Source: Haliotis cracherodii
Lineage: Eukaryota
Assembly (NCBI RefSeq): GCF_022045235.1
Contig: NW_027266297.1
Location: forward strand, 1,798,001-1,862,000
Direction: 5' to 3'
Length of the DNA: 64,000 nt
A program made the translations under genes and the position numbers. Of the stretch, positions 24,759 to 38,749 are shown in pieces. Below the pieces are notes generated by a model, which had not been told where the DNA came from, did not search any database, and saw nothing but the letters and a program-made list of their open reading frames with translations. How positions within the stretch are numbered: the stretch's first letter is position 1; every line of letters starts with the position of its first letter.

Positions 24759-27458
24759 AAGTAGATCTGTAACAGCAAACTATACTTGAGATCGATTCTT
24801 TTAATCGTCTCATAAAATGTCAAATGTTTTTCTCACTATAATTATTTTTACTTGCGTGCCGCATGTTCAAAGATGGGAGGTAGATGGAAAAGCATGTGTA
24901 CTATCATTATCCGTTTAATGATCCGTTTGTCTGGTATGACCACCATTATGAAGATGGAATATTGCTGAGTGTTGCATTGAACATCTAACAAACATCACGA
25001 GCAAGTATTCAAATTTTCAAACTTTATACGCTCTAGTTCACACTTACATTCACTAATATAGCCAAATGCACATTTACATCAGATACATGTACTAATGTAC
25101 AGATGAACTAAAACGATTCATTTATATGAGACCGAGAGGAAATATATGGCACGAAGTATATACTTTGATTTCATGTGGATATCCACGCCGATTGAGTGTC
25201 ATCACATCGTATATTGGCTATTTGATTAACTGTATCTTTCTCAGACAACGTAACCACATGACCCTGAAGAAACTTCACGCCCGCTGATAAAATAACATCG
25301 ACCATTATATAAGTCGTTTTGCCAGTTGTCAAGATTCCTGTGTATATATGTGCTTCTTTACAACACAAACTCACTCAATTACCCATCATATATCTCTTGT
25401 CATAATTACTTATTTCACCTCTGCATGACATAAATGTTAGTAGGCCTTTGTATTCACGGCTTATCGCCCATATTAATAGTAAAGCTTGTTCATTGTGTTA
25501 AATGTGCGCTAATTATTTTCATGTATTTTGTAGCATCACATGTTTATCAAAATGTCCACAATACCCAAGAACAACCTTTATATAGAACCTTATATTTTCT
25601 GAAAAAGAAAATGTTTATAATTGTATCTAGAGGACCAAACCCATTCCACTGCAGTGTGAGGAAGAATGAGCACGACGCTACCCCATCAAACGAAACAATG
25701 AAGTTCCAACGTTGTGCAGATTATCCCATTATAAACGAGGAGCTGCATGCAAAGATTATGATTACATAAGCCAAACTTATTAACTTTTCATAAGGATAAT
25801 TCCAGATTGGGGGAAATATCTGACAATGTCTCTCATTTGGCGCAAGCAGCCAGCAGCCACACACTACTGTATTTAGTACGGTTATAAAAAACTCTCAAAA
25901 CAAATGTTTTTAATGTCTATATATTTTTTCATGGAAAACTGTTGTAATCTGTCGTAAATAAAACGCCTACAAAACAAGATAGCTCATTTCCTTTTTTGGC
26001 ATGCATTGACGCTCGCCCACCACACAAACAAATCTTCCACATCCGGGAATAATTGGGATAGATCCCGCTTGCATGTTCGTGGATGTCGTGCTTGTCACGA
26101 GGAGCGACTACAGAGCTCAGATGGCCAGGCTCGGTGACTTGGCAGATTGTGTGCCCCAATGAGGCAACGTTGTTCATACTTTTTATTATGCCTTTCCAGG
26201 TTGCCGTGATATAGTTAGGATACTAATTACTGTGGCTTTACATTGTCATGTATACACATAACCTAGTCAATCATACCTTACCAAGGACCTAGTTATTCAA
26301 ACCGAGGACCTAGTCAATCATTCCATCCCCACTACCGAGTCATTCGTATCTCGAGAGCAAGTCACTCATACCCCAGGGCCTATTACTTCATAGCCAGGAC
26401 CCACTCATTCCTAGCCCGGCAAAACCCGGAACTTTGTTATTCATAATCACGGGACCCAGTCAAACATACCCCTAGGGACGATTCAACCATTATTCCACTG
26501 ACATATATGTCAATATGAATAATCCTCCATAAACATCTACACATGTCCTACGTTTGTGCGGATCTGTTTGTTCCTCAAATGTGAATCTTTTTAGCTATTT
26601 ACTTAAAACTAATAAGAAACATCCTTGGTCTCCTATTACAATTAAGATCTAGGATACCTAGCGATTTGACCGTGCTTAATTGAATTTGGAACTTTCAAAT
26701 TCCAAGTTTAGCGCGGTTAAATCTACCTAAACTAGCTCCACTTTGAAGACAAAGTACAATTGTCTGTTTGTAATAGGACATAATTTAACGTGTCAGGGAA
26801 GACACTGAATGAAACAAAGTATCTGATGCACCACTTGTAAATGTATCAAGGGTTCTGTGTATTGTTTTGTGTGTCCATACTTTCATAGCTCATGTCCTAA
26901 ACATCCATTTGATAACCACATATACACAACCATACTACTGACTCACAAAAATGCATGGGCACATTGAAGTAGCAATATTAATTAAGATTCACATTTAAAA
27001 TAAATATTTCAATAACTTATCACAATAGTTTTGGCTATCATGTCATGCTGTATGATTAATGCATTTTGAGTATGTGCATTTAAGGCATCATGAATACATT
27101 CGCGCATATAGCAATGCAACAAACATTCTCCATTTAATTGTTTTTCAACGTGTTTGAATAAGTATAATTGTCCTCAACATAAGACTAAGAAAGTAACATA
27201 AAGACTTTATAAACACATGTCAATTATGTCAGGAAAAAACAAAGCGAATTAATCGAATGTGCGAGGGAGGAGAGATATAACAGATGAGCGTCATTCATGG
27301 CATCAACTATCATTGATCATTGATTTATTGATTCATTAAATTGTAAATGGTGTAAGGATGCAATAAACCTGGCCATTGAAATTTGAAGGAAATGTTAATT
27401 TAAAACAGATTTTATTATGAACTTGATTTGGAATACAGCTTGGGTTATGCAACTTATT

Positions 27459-27514
<56 letters not shown>

Positions 27515-27594
27515 AAAATGAGGTAAATGTTCACTCGGTGTACATGTAATATATGATAAAATAATAAAGTCCACGTTAGTCCATCATCTTCTTT

Positions 27595-27652
27595 ATATCA
27601 GTTTCATACATAGTACTTTCGCTGTCTCATGACAGCTCTTCAGTGTAACTCA
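27595..27652 (-). ncRNA. Type I hammerhead ribozyme (inverted copy)
   Basis: Reverse complement of the 27868-27930 core with identical core sequence. Confidence 0.82.
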
Positions 27653-27867
27653 CATATACATATAATGACGTCATACTTATGATGACGTCATAAATTACAA
27701 CTGTGACGTCACACTGTATTTACACACTCCAGCGACGACACCAAGTAATTTAACAATTGTAGGGAGACATTTGAATTAAATATACAGTATTTGTAAAGTA
27801 ACAGTGCAACATTTACGATTGAAATGACAAATCTATTAATACATTCTAGAGTTCAACTTTGGTTTCA

Positions 27868-27930
27868 TATGTCAGTTACACTGAAGAGCTGTCATGAGAC
27901 AGCGAAAGTACTATGTATGAAACTGATATA
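27868..27930 (+). ncRNA. Type I hammerhead ribozyme
   Basis: TACA-CTGAAGA-GCTGTC(ATGA)GACAGC-GAAA-GTAC-TA-TGTA: complete core, 6-bp stem II, palindromic stem III, stem I extended by TCAGT/ACTGA around a TGAA bulge. Confidence 0.85.
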
Positions 27931-27965
27931 AAGAAGATGATAGACTAACGTGGACTTTATTATTT

Positions 27966-28001
<36 letters not shown>

Positions 28002-28139
28002 AACAAACTCAAGGAAATGGGTGGAACTGGATGAGTTGGTAGTCAAACATATTTAAACAAACGTGAAAAAAACAGATAACAATAAATCAAAACATCGTAA
28101 AATAGCATAAACCTATTCAGAAGGATCACGTGTGCAGCT

Positions 28140-28320
28140 TCAAAGCGTCACTGGTCATGCTGTTTAGTTGTTTGTTGTCTAACACCGCACTCAACAGTAT
28201 TCCAGCAAAATATGGCGGCGGTCTGAAAATAAATAAGTCTGGATCTGAAAATCCAGTGACTGACGTCATGAGCATCGATCCACGCAGTTGCGATACGATG
28301 ACAAGCATCAACCAAGTCAT
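28140..28320 (-). mobile_element. SINE-like family B, 5'-truncated
   Basis: Reverse complement of the family B 3' half. Confidence 0.75.
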
Positions 28321-28329
28321 GTGGATGTG

Positions 28330-29420
28330 TACAGATACAGCTGAGCTGGTACTAAACGTGACAGGATACGTAATTCATAGAACAGACAGAAGACCCTTTT
28401 CCCCGATTTGATTGTAGTCATTCCCCTCTCCCTCTCTGGTGACGTAATTAAACTCAACACAGTCATGATCATTCACGCCAGGCGTGGCCGCGTAAGCTGG
28501 AATCTCTCCGGTGTAGCTTCAGCCAGTGTCTGTCGCTCTCCTCTCTGTATGGCCTGCGCCACTTTTTCATTCTAATATGGAGTATGGTATAATAGGGGTC
28601 TGTGTTAACGCTACAACGTTAGGCAACAATGTCAATATACAACATATTTACAACATTGCAAACGTTATGAAAAGTTAACTTTCGGACTTTAGCGGACATA
28701 TCATCAACCAAGCTATCAGAAACAGTATCACAGCCAATACGACTGCTCCGCTTATGACGCCACTTGTAACAGGAGACGGGATAACATGCACATTCACATT
28801 AGTCTGGTAGTTGTGAATAATATCGTCCGCATATGACAATGTAAACAATATAAAGTAAAGAACATAAAACCGTTGTTTGTCGAAAGACTTGCATAATATC
28901 CAACAACCTTACTACGTGCTAATAAGACACTAAATGGCACATTTGTTCATATTCTGAAAATGCATGTAAGGAGAGAAGGCCAAGACGAGATTCCAACCTC
29001 TGGCATCCATATCACATCGCTCCACATGAAACCAAACAGCATTTTGGGTCACTGGACATTTCAACTTCTTTAGAAATTCGATAAAAAGGATTATACTTTC
29101 GGCAAGGACTTGAGACTTCAGCAGTGTGGAATAATCCAAAGCTAATCAGGGTAACTGAGATGAGGTCACCACAATTGATTCCAGGCTCCTTTATCCTTCA
29201 TCAAACAATTTACATGAGTAAATGCTATTAATTGTAAATTTAAACAAATTATTAAAAGAGGCACGTATATTACTGTCACACTCACGTACGTGACACGTGT
29301 CTCCCCTTCAGCCGTCCTGACAACATGTCCCGTCCGTCCCGCTGCATACGCCACCTATACATCCTTCTCTGCAGGCTTTCCTGCACCCCGGGCCGTACGC
29401 TCCAGCCTGAAGACATGCAA
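28330..29420 (-). pseudogene. Inverted decayed paralog of the EGF-TM receptor family (EGF, TM and tail exons)
   Basis: 29420-29286 reads GAYGPGCRKACREGCIGGVCSGTDGTCCQDG*RGDTC with donor GTGAGT. 28803-28679 reads GVISGAVVLAVILFLIAWLMICPLKSE. From 28571 MKKWRR...NDYNQI, with frameshift. Confidence 0.7.
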
Positions 29421-29623
29421 ATTAACATGTCGACCTTCTCTTAATTTGTGACGATAGCCATAGCTTTGTATTGAGTAGATATGCAAAATTAATTTAATTA
29501 CGCATCTTCACAATGAAATGCACATTTATGCTCGTGTTCGCATGTTCAGACTGTGAAAGAGTTGTGTAACCTGAATGTCCTTTTCCCGACTGTGAAGCCA
29601 AGGGTTTTCATGACAAAATATAA

Positions 29624-29859
29624 GACCCGTGAAGATCCGAGGTAGGATGGGTCTTCAGCAACCTATGCTTGCCGTAAAAGGCGACTTTGCTTGTCGTAAG
29701 AGTCGACTAACGGGATCGGGTTGTCAGGCTCGCTGACTTGGCTGATGCATGTCATGATATTAATCACTGCATTGTCTGATCTAGACTCGATTTTTTTACA
29801 GACCACCGTCAAATAGCTCGAATATTGCTGAGCGCGGCAACAAACACACAAACCAACCC
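29624..29859 (+). mobile_element. SINE-like family B with intact 5' end
   Basis: Starts GACCCGTGAAGATCC; flanked by TGACAAAATATA / TGACAAAGTATA TSD. Confidence 0.8.
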
Positions 29860-29899
29860 TGACAAAGTATATTCTCAAATTCATGATTTGACGGTCAGA

Positions 29900-30620
29900 G
29901 ACGTTGCAATTATGTCACACTGGGATCAGAAACTTTTCAAGTGTTATCATAGTAAGTCATTTGAAGGTGCATGTTTATGCACGGCGTACACTTTGGATAT
30001 TTGCGTGTTTGTTGTGATGCTCACAAACGTGTTCTTTTGTAATGTGAACAGTACAGCAGAATGGTTGTTTAGCTATCATGTGCCAAAAAAACACACACTT
30101 TCGTTTAACCGTAAATAACACTTACGCAAAGCAATGGCTTGCTAAAAAAACAACTTCTACGCGCCTTGGTTATGTTGCTCACAGGAACGCGCAAAATGAA
30201 GTTGCCAGACAGTTTAATATTCATTGGAACACAACATTCTCTCTTTTGAGACGTTATCTACAGTAGGTCAATACTTATGATATGCCATGGGCCACGTGTG
30301 ACGTCACGCCAACATGATTCGGTTGGTGCATCTACGGAAATGACACCAAAGTCCACATTAACAGCTCGGACGATTCCTGGGTTGAGACCAATTATAGTGG
30401 CAGAACCGTACGCACTCGGTTGCGGGAACACAACATCCGTCCAGCGAGACTCCCGATGTTGCTCTCATGTCACCGTCAGGCACTCCTGGGGTGATCTAGA
30501 CCGCATCTGAGGTTCAGAAGTCAGGTCTTGGGGTGTATACTGTTCACAGATGAGTCATGATTTCATTTGGGCAGACCTGGTTGTCTTGCAAGGGTCGGCA
30601 GGCGGAGAACGTTTTAGCGA
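29900..30620 (+). mobile_element. Tc1/mariner transposase relic
   Basis: HTH-like NEVARQFNIH, PRVT and LFTDES motifs; many lesions. Confidence 0.65.
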
Positions 30621-30689
30621 CATTGAAGGCACGATATTGTTATCGTTGACAAGTTCGTTTTACTATTATGATAGATCCTTATATATACA

Positions 30690-33600
30690 GTTGTCAAGCA
30701 AAGGTGAACACATTACATACTTCTAAATATGTAATTAATAAGGAGCATAGGGTATTCATGAAGGGGATTAACAACGGCAACAAAGGATAATGGTTGATTG
30801 ATGGCAGATGGGGTGATATATCCTTCATCTCTGTTGATTGAGGGCTTGTCAACAGTGTGAGATCGCTGTTTATCGAGGTAAATTATATTTAGTCCAGTAT
30901 TTTATTGCTCTTGTCATGTAGATATATTATAAAGGGAGTCTGCCATACTTTCTAAAATCCAGGTTCATATTCTTATGGAGTCTGAGCATCCTCTTGCAGA
31001 ATAAAGTCTGTATAGTTTCTATAAACTTCTTTTTATATTAAGTACTTTGCAATCGCAAGGGATTCATATTATCAAAGCATAAGTCTGAAAGATCTATTTT
31101 TCCGTGTCAGTGGGCATCTTATTGTCATAGCGACTGATTTGGGACAACCGTTGTCTGAAGAACACTTGATCCCAAAGGATAATTACCCTGTAGCCATGAC
31201 ATGCATATGTCTCCATAACTTAATTGCAATTAATCATAAGACGCTAATTCCCGTTGTTATTCCACACCAACGTTTCATTGCATATTGAATGTCAGCCAAC
31301 CTGGGCTACCATATCACTTGTATGCCTGAGCTGGAAGGTCCGCTCATCGCCATGTTTGTGTTGTCAGAGCAAGTATTCCGCTCATTGTGTATTTGTTGTT
31401 TATTGTTTACATGTTGTGCATAAAATGTTTCGGGACAGTGATGTCGATTTTGTCCTTGATTACCCCAAGAGCCAATTCCCCGTCAACATGTGCGTTGACA
31501 TTGTCATCAGCTATTTGAAAGAAAGTGGTCTGTATAGTTAATTTTGAATATGTATCTGAATAATTAAAAGCTTGGTTTTAAATTTGGCGTGATGTTATTA
31601 TCAACTGACTTTATTGAAGGCTCTGTCCAGGCGGTTAAAATTCTGTAAAATGTTTGCCCCCCTGTGTGACACGTAATCCTATCATAATTGATGTAACTAT
31701 CATCATCCAGTGTTTTTAAGCTGAGTATTTTTTTATATTGGCTAGCACTTTGCCCAACCAAAAGGTTTAATGCGTTAAAGTGTCAGTGACAAATTTCCCG
31801 GAACAAAATGATCACAACAAGGACATGCAAACCATTAGTCGGGAAACACGTACGATTCGGAAAAACGCACCCATTGCATAAACGAAAGGGCCATGGAGCT
31901 GCACGTATTGCACGTGCAGCAGCACTATGAACGGTATTACAGTTCAGGGTTTTGGATTGCCTGGCATCTGCATCAATCGAACAGCGACAGATCAACAACA
32001 TGCCAAGATGAACAGAAGTGCAAAGAAACAGCGTTATGGGCCGCTTGCTTGTAGGGGAATCCCGATCAGCTGCAGCCGGGATTTTTTCAATGTAGCGCCC
32101 AGCACCATCACAAGGCTATGGGATCGGTTACAATAGTATGGATCAACATATGAGGGACGACCAAGAGTTATCACCTCCGCCAAAGATCGCTACATCCAAC
32201 TTCGCCACCGACGTCAGCCACAACCCCATACGTTGCAGCGGTTGGCTTTTGCATTGCAGGCCGAGAGGGCTACTCTTCCCTAGGATGTGATACGCACACT
32301 CGTCTCTTCCATGGGCAGGAGATGTCAGGCCGCTATCGATTCCAACGGGGGACTAACGCGTTATTGATGGTAGCTGACCTTCACCTTGGATTTTTCCTAT
32401 GTACCAATAACTGAAATGACTGCAATCACCAAGTGTTCTCTCCACAACATTTTGGCTCGATACCTTGTACGGTTCCTCCTATAAATGTATTTTCCTACCT
32501 CACAAAAATCTGGCTTTGTGTTTCTTTGTTTGAAGAGCATATTTGGTGCAGAAGTTAATAACTTCTAAATGTGTCTCTTTATATGTACATTTCTCATTGT
32601 TCCTTAAAGAACCCCTTTTGTACAGACAATTATTTTGGTCTTATTTAAATTCACTTGCATTCCTATAGTATCACAAAATGTTTATGTCACATGTGTTTTC
32701 TTTTGTAGCTTTAAAGTAGTATGAGCCATGGAAGATACATCATCAACAACATAGCAAAGTGAAAATATTTTGAAAGTCAGTTGTTATGAAGTTGCTTCAC
32801 TACTATTCTTCTCCAGATGAAATTTATTCAGAAAGATGATAATTAATATGGGGCTTAAAACACATCCGTGACATGTTCCTACGTCTCAAATAAAGTAATC
32901 AGATGCATTGGTTGGGGTTGTTACACACGCTGATACATGTAGATTAGAGTACGTAGATACAAGTGATTTAATAATGTTGCCTTTCATACGTATTGCTCTC
33001 ACACTCAATAATAGAACTTCAAAACTGACTCTAAGAAATGAAAGGTCAACGAAGAAGCTGTAAAATCAACTCTTAGTTTTGGAGAGATAGGTTTGTGCAA
33101 TTGCCAGTAGTATAAATGTGACAAAAGCTGAGTATCCAGGTCTTAACCCAGCTTGAGCTTCGCGTATAATAATAGTTTCGTCACAACAGGACCGCTATCC
33201 CATATCCAAAATATAGTGAAAAGCATATATAATTCATCAATATTTTTCTGTCAAAGCCAGTCAGAGTTGTGTTGTGATGACATTTAGAATGCCTCAACAT
33301 ATTCAAAAAAAAATCTCGCTTGTACTATTTTACTTTGTTTTTATCTTGCTATGTTGCTGTCTTATTGAAACAGGTGTTCTTAAAAGGTACATCGTGATTA
33401 AACCCCCTTGGTCCTGTGACCTCGCAAAGTAGCATTTTCCCTACTTGACAAATCGTCAAGCTCTTGATCCCACCATGGTGGCAGTTGATGTTGTAAATTA
33501 GACTGATTGGGAGGCAGTTTCCTGTATTTTCTCTTTGTGTGACATGTCAGAGTCTCATATAGATCTGTATGTTTGCCATTAGGAAGGCCAATATTCATAT

Positions 33601-35280
33601 CACTTAACCTGCACAGTTCATCATACACGTCCATGAAATTATCATGAAAGTTTTCATCCCACGTGTTATGGTCATTGTGGTCATCATTAATTTGATATCG
33701 ATAAGTATTTACTTCTTCATATTGTTCTTTGCCATGAAATGGTTTCAGTCATCTCTGTGATGGTTCCCAAAGTCACTGATATATGAAGAAAGGTATAAGT
33801 TAGCGATAATATAGTCTCCTAAACTTGCACCATTGTGTGTAATGCATGTATGTATATAAAATGTGCGCCAAAAAGCAAATCATCAAAGTCATTTATCATA
33901 TGTGTGAGTGTATTGTTGGGCATATAATCAAAATGGCATTCCATTTTTGCATTGAAACATCGTAAATATAACATCACGATAAGGATACTCACTAACGGAC
34001 GTTTCAAGGTAAGATGTAAGCAAATTAATCCAGATACAGATCTCTGCTTGGGTATTTTGGAGAGTTTTTAAGAGTAAAGTAAACAAAGAATACAAGTGAG
34101 CGCTTTTTCGGACGCGTGAAGTAACACCGACGATTTGGCAATGAGGATATATCAATTGAATGAGAAGAATTTATCAAAACGAGAATGTGAAAGGTACAAA
34201 ATCCATTAATTTTTTGTCATATTGTCTTTAATGCAAGTACACGTTGTATGAAATAGAACATTCATCTTCGAGGAACCTTCGTTATTATACATCAAACACG
34301 AAACACGAAGTACATTTGTTGCTTAATGATTGACACACAGTGATGTCTAAATGGATTTCCTACATTCAATTTATTGTTCGGATGTTGCATGGTTACATAA
34401 ATGTGCACTTAACTTTATTGATAATTGAAATGTTTTGGTCTGTGTGTATCTAAAACAATACCGGTGTTAAACAAAAACAGAAAAAAACAAGAAGGGACAA
34501 GCTATATACTAGCCATAAAATAAAGCTATAAATAGCCATACTATCCTACTACACCTATCATAATTCAGCTAAGAAACTTTCACTGCGAAGAAGAGCCTAG
34601 GCGATTGAAGAATTGTGGTGTTGGCTATACTGAGTGGGATGGGATGATTCATCGTAAAAGTGAAATATCATTATCATACCTCCATGTCAGAATGATGAGA
34701 TCTGATTGGTCAACGTGATCTTGATAAAAGACTTGTATCCCACATAAATTTCTCAGCGGGGGAATTAATCTCTTATACCCTGCCACAAGAAAGTCAGGCT
34801 GCACGTGGATTTCTGAGAGGCAGAATATATCCCTTATACCCCGCTTCAAAGGAAACAGCCACTCTGGAAGTCACGAGACATAGCGCAGGCTAATCTCAGT
34901 TCAATCGAACGGCTGTTTTCTATCAATTCTGTATTTGTATGAATTATTTTACACTGTCCCACTAACAAAAAGTCGGTAAAAAAATTCGTTGTAGCAGGAT
35001 CCTTCGGGGTACATTGGGTTTTATGCGTACCTCGGAAGGTCGAGTTTCTGGTTCCTCTTGCGATGCTCGTGACACGAACAGGACATGGAACGTATAAAGG
35101 ACACACCATGTTCATTCGCGGTATGGGGAAAGCCTTTTGAGTCGTTGAGTGCACGAGTCTTTTCATGTCCTTACTCTTTGAGTAAGCATTGTTTACAAAC
35201 GTACGCGGAATCATTTTCTCTGCTCAGCTTGAACTTTGTCCAGAGTAAAATAGCCATGCTGCCGCGTCTATGTTAGTACC
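30690..35280 (-). mobile_element. Highly decayed LINE (APE endonuclease, RT, C-terminus), interrupted by a Tc1 relic
   Basis: DIFCLSEIH..GY (APE N-terminus) at 34649-34849, PPWWDQE at ~33470, and QAGLRPG, CVLSP and YVVDDV-like RT remnants at 32700-33160. Extent approximate. Confidence 0.55.
31760..32541 (+). mobile_element. Internally deleted Tc1/mariner element
   Basis: FNVAPSTITRLWDRLQ, GRPRVIT..DRYI and terminal LVSSMGRRCQAAIDSNGGLTRY; TIR-like TTTGAAGAGCATA. Confidence 0.75.
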
Positions 35281-36069
35281 ATCAATCAAACATGGCCTAT
35301 AAGTATAATGCACGTGTACATGGTAATGAACTGACCATTACATCAATGAAACGTTGCTTTGTTTCTTCACAAGATTGCTTTAAGATGACGTACAAAAATC
35401 CGGAATTCTTTCACATATTCCTGGTGTTACGTATTGACATAAAGTCAGTGCTGTGATTAGTACTAGTTGTCAGGGATATATAGTGAAAGATTGTTTGCTG
35501 ACATGAATTTTAAATGTTCATGATCTTTATGAAGTGTTTGTTTCTTTTTACTGGTGGTATTGCTCTTTGTGAAAGTTGTATTTTTAGTAACTGCCTATCA
35601 CTGAATATAACATGGAAAAGCTGAAATGTACAGTGGTAAAAATACATGTGGAGTCCCCATTTGTTTTAGCTCGATAATTGGTACGATTGATGTTACAGTG
35701 CAATATAAAGAGACCAATAACACATAATCTAATAACACATGACGTGAAATTTGTATCTTATACACCTAGATGCATATGCGTGTAATGTCGACATGTGTGC
35801 CTGTGGATAACGCTATGAAAACCCCCTTCAACGTTAGGGAGATACATATCATGGGTTTCAGTTTAACCGGTGTTGTTGAGTATTCCATGACTAAGGGTAT
35901 CAGTATTTTCCGACAGCAGTCCATCCTTCTTTATGTGATTTCTCACAGTTGGATTAAAAGCGACAAAACTGTTGTACGCTGAAATCTCGAGTGTATGATT
36001 CCGATTATGTAATGAGCATGTGTTTATGAATCCTTATCAAATAGTGATGATAGCAGGTGTTAGCGAAAA

Positions 36070-36790
36070 AAAGGAACCGTATTCTGCCCACCAGTGACAC
36101 CCGTCTCAAACACATGCAAAGGCATGTCAAATGTTCACCTGAAAAGGAACGGGGACATATGGTAAAAGTCGAAATAGGGAATTGCATCGGACGTTATTTG
36201 TGTCAATGATGCGTCAATATTTGGTGATATCCTCCACATGTCTGCCATAAAACGTTTGGAAAGCTTTACTGAGGCCTTGAATGTTGTAACCGTGATCAAA
36301 CAACATCTACGCAAGAGTCGTAGGACGCTCTTTGAAATCTTAGAAGAAAGAGCATGCTCCAGTGTATATCAAACGTTGTGAAATTGAAACACCAAAGACT
36401 GGAGCTGCTGGAATATTGTTCGACATGAAGGGAAAGTTGACTTTTGGAAATGTGAAGTCATCCCTCTTGCCATGCACTCTTTTGCAGAGCGTTGTGTCAC
36501 TCGGAATCTTTATGCACAGATCTAAATATGAAACAGATGAGGCAGCTTCGTTGTTCACTTTTTTTCTTATTCAGGTGGGTAAATTAGTGGAAGAGGATCG
36601 GCTAATTGATTGTCATTGAACGATATCAGATCATCGATATACCTGAAACTTCTTGAATAAATTATCTTCTTTTGACTTTACCAATCAAATCAGAAATTTC
36701 GATTCATATGCATAAAGAAACGCAAGATCCGTAAGAAGGGGACCTCAACTGGTCTGCATAGGAATGCATACATCTTGCCAAAATATTTTG
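36070..36790 (-). mobile_element. Penelope-like element RT 3' fragment
   Basis: IPMQT, FRYIDDL, SYLDL, KRDDFTFPKVNFPFMSNNIPAAPVFGVSISQ and RFYGRH remnants. Confidence 0.8.
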
Positions 36791-38749
36791 TGGATTATAA
36801 TCAGATGTATAATTTATTTCGAATTTTGGACTAATAAAACCCCATACCTTTCAGCAATGTAAAGTATTCATTTGCAGTGAATTGTCTGAAGGATTACAGG
36901 TACCCAATCCAATTTAACAAAAAAAACCTCATTGTAGCACACACAATCGTTTTACTATCGTTAATCTCAATGCAATATATGAACAGAGCAAAACGTTTTG
37001 AATTATGTTGACTCGGACAATATATTCTATGATATGTGAGAGGAAATACTCATTGTTACTGTAGTATAACGGGATGGGGATTTATGATTGCTATCTTAAA
37101 CACTATCGAAAATTATAATTTCACAAGCTACATTGCAGGACATAAATCTTTACACATTTACTTGTCCATAGGTAACAATTATAATAATTGATAATAATAC
37201 TTGACGACCCTGCGTTAAACGTTTTAGTGGATTGCCACTGTAACCCCCAAAAACGGAGATATTTGGAACCATCGTTCTGCCCTGATTTTGTAATAAACTT
37301 GAATCTGATTGGTAAATCAAAGGTTTCAAATGACAATAACAACCACTGATTGAAACAGTACACTTGTCAACTAAATGAACAGGGAAGTTAGCATCTGAAG
37401 TCACATCTATTCCTTGACATTAACTGCACGTAATTTAACATTTCAAACTCGACACAATACAAAAGCCCAGATGTCGATTAATTAATATCAGGGAAGACAA
37501 TCGCGTGTGGAGTACTTGCCAGTAAACTATTACTACAATATTGTATTACTACACTTGCATATGTGGTTCCAAATGCAATTTAAACCATTTAAATCTACAG
37601 GAAAGAGAGCCCGGCTATAAAAGGTTACTTTGTCATTCGTCATGCGAGATTCGTATTACGAAAAACGAAATACTTTTGACTTCCGACAAGGCGAACTGTA
37701 CAATATGAGTGAAAAAGTCAAATTTCTAAAATTCAACTGAAAATGTAAATATGAGCATGTTCGTTAACGAAGATGAATAACTGACAGTGTGTTTGTTATG
37801 TTCCTTTTCTTATGAAAGATCAGTTTGGGTGAAACAACTGCTCATGTTCAACTATAAAACTACTCTTTATGAAAACCTCTAAACCTCAGCATTTTTGACA
37901 CATTCTATCCTTAATAATGAATTTTGTTTTTTTCATATTAGTCCAAATCCGGCAACTGATTAACTAACTTACAGTCTAGTTTTCAGGAGGATTACCACAT
38001 CTGATGGCACTTTCTAAAATATTGCATGGTTGTTATGAAAATCAAATGGGTCGAAAGGAGTCCCTACATTGTACTTTATATTTTATTCGGCATTTCCTTA
38101 TTTGTCGATATGCATCCGTCAGCTGGTCAGTTGGGCTATTATTCATTATGATCCATTAGGTGTAGTGTGACACACACTTAGTTTACAAAATTCGAGATAA
38201 AGGAATGTAGGACTTAATTATACATAGACGTTGTCAAAAGTAATCTGGGCAAAGGCAGACTTTAAGAAAGAACTTCTTCTCAGTAACTGTTTGCTTTTCT
38301 TGTAATGTGATGTTTGTAATTCAAGAAGGAGGGATCCTCTTATAAAATCACCCACACACTCAATCTACCTTTCAAACAAGGATACACATAACACATTAGA
38401 AATTGACATTGAACAAACTAAGTGTTTGTGTTAATAAACGTTGCATAATCATTCTGGTTGACACACCATAAACAGGAACTGTCTCATTGTTTCCAGGCAG
38501 ATGATGGGGGCTAAATGGACGTGGAGAGGGGGGTGCACACATCTTAGAACGCCCTCGCCCATAGATTTACATGTATGCTTATTTACAATTAAGAAATTGA
38601 CTGACAGAGAGGCAAGAAAAGAAACGTTTATACATTCGGATTGCACACTCAAACCTTTTTGTTTTCTTTATATATGTATGTACATTCCTAAAAATGCTTT
38701 CGTTCACATGATTAGGTAAAATTGCATTGCCATCTAGCATCAGGTCAAT

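Larger units (their letters stand above)
27463..27996 (-). mobile_element. 5'-truncated Penelope-like insertion with inverted terminal repeat, between (TA)n tracts
   Basis: ~100-bp arms (~27556-27657 and ~27866-27968) are near-perfect reverse complements, each with a hammerhead core; (TA)n on both sides. Confidence 0.75.
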
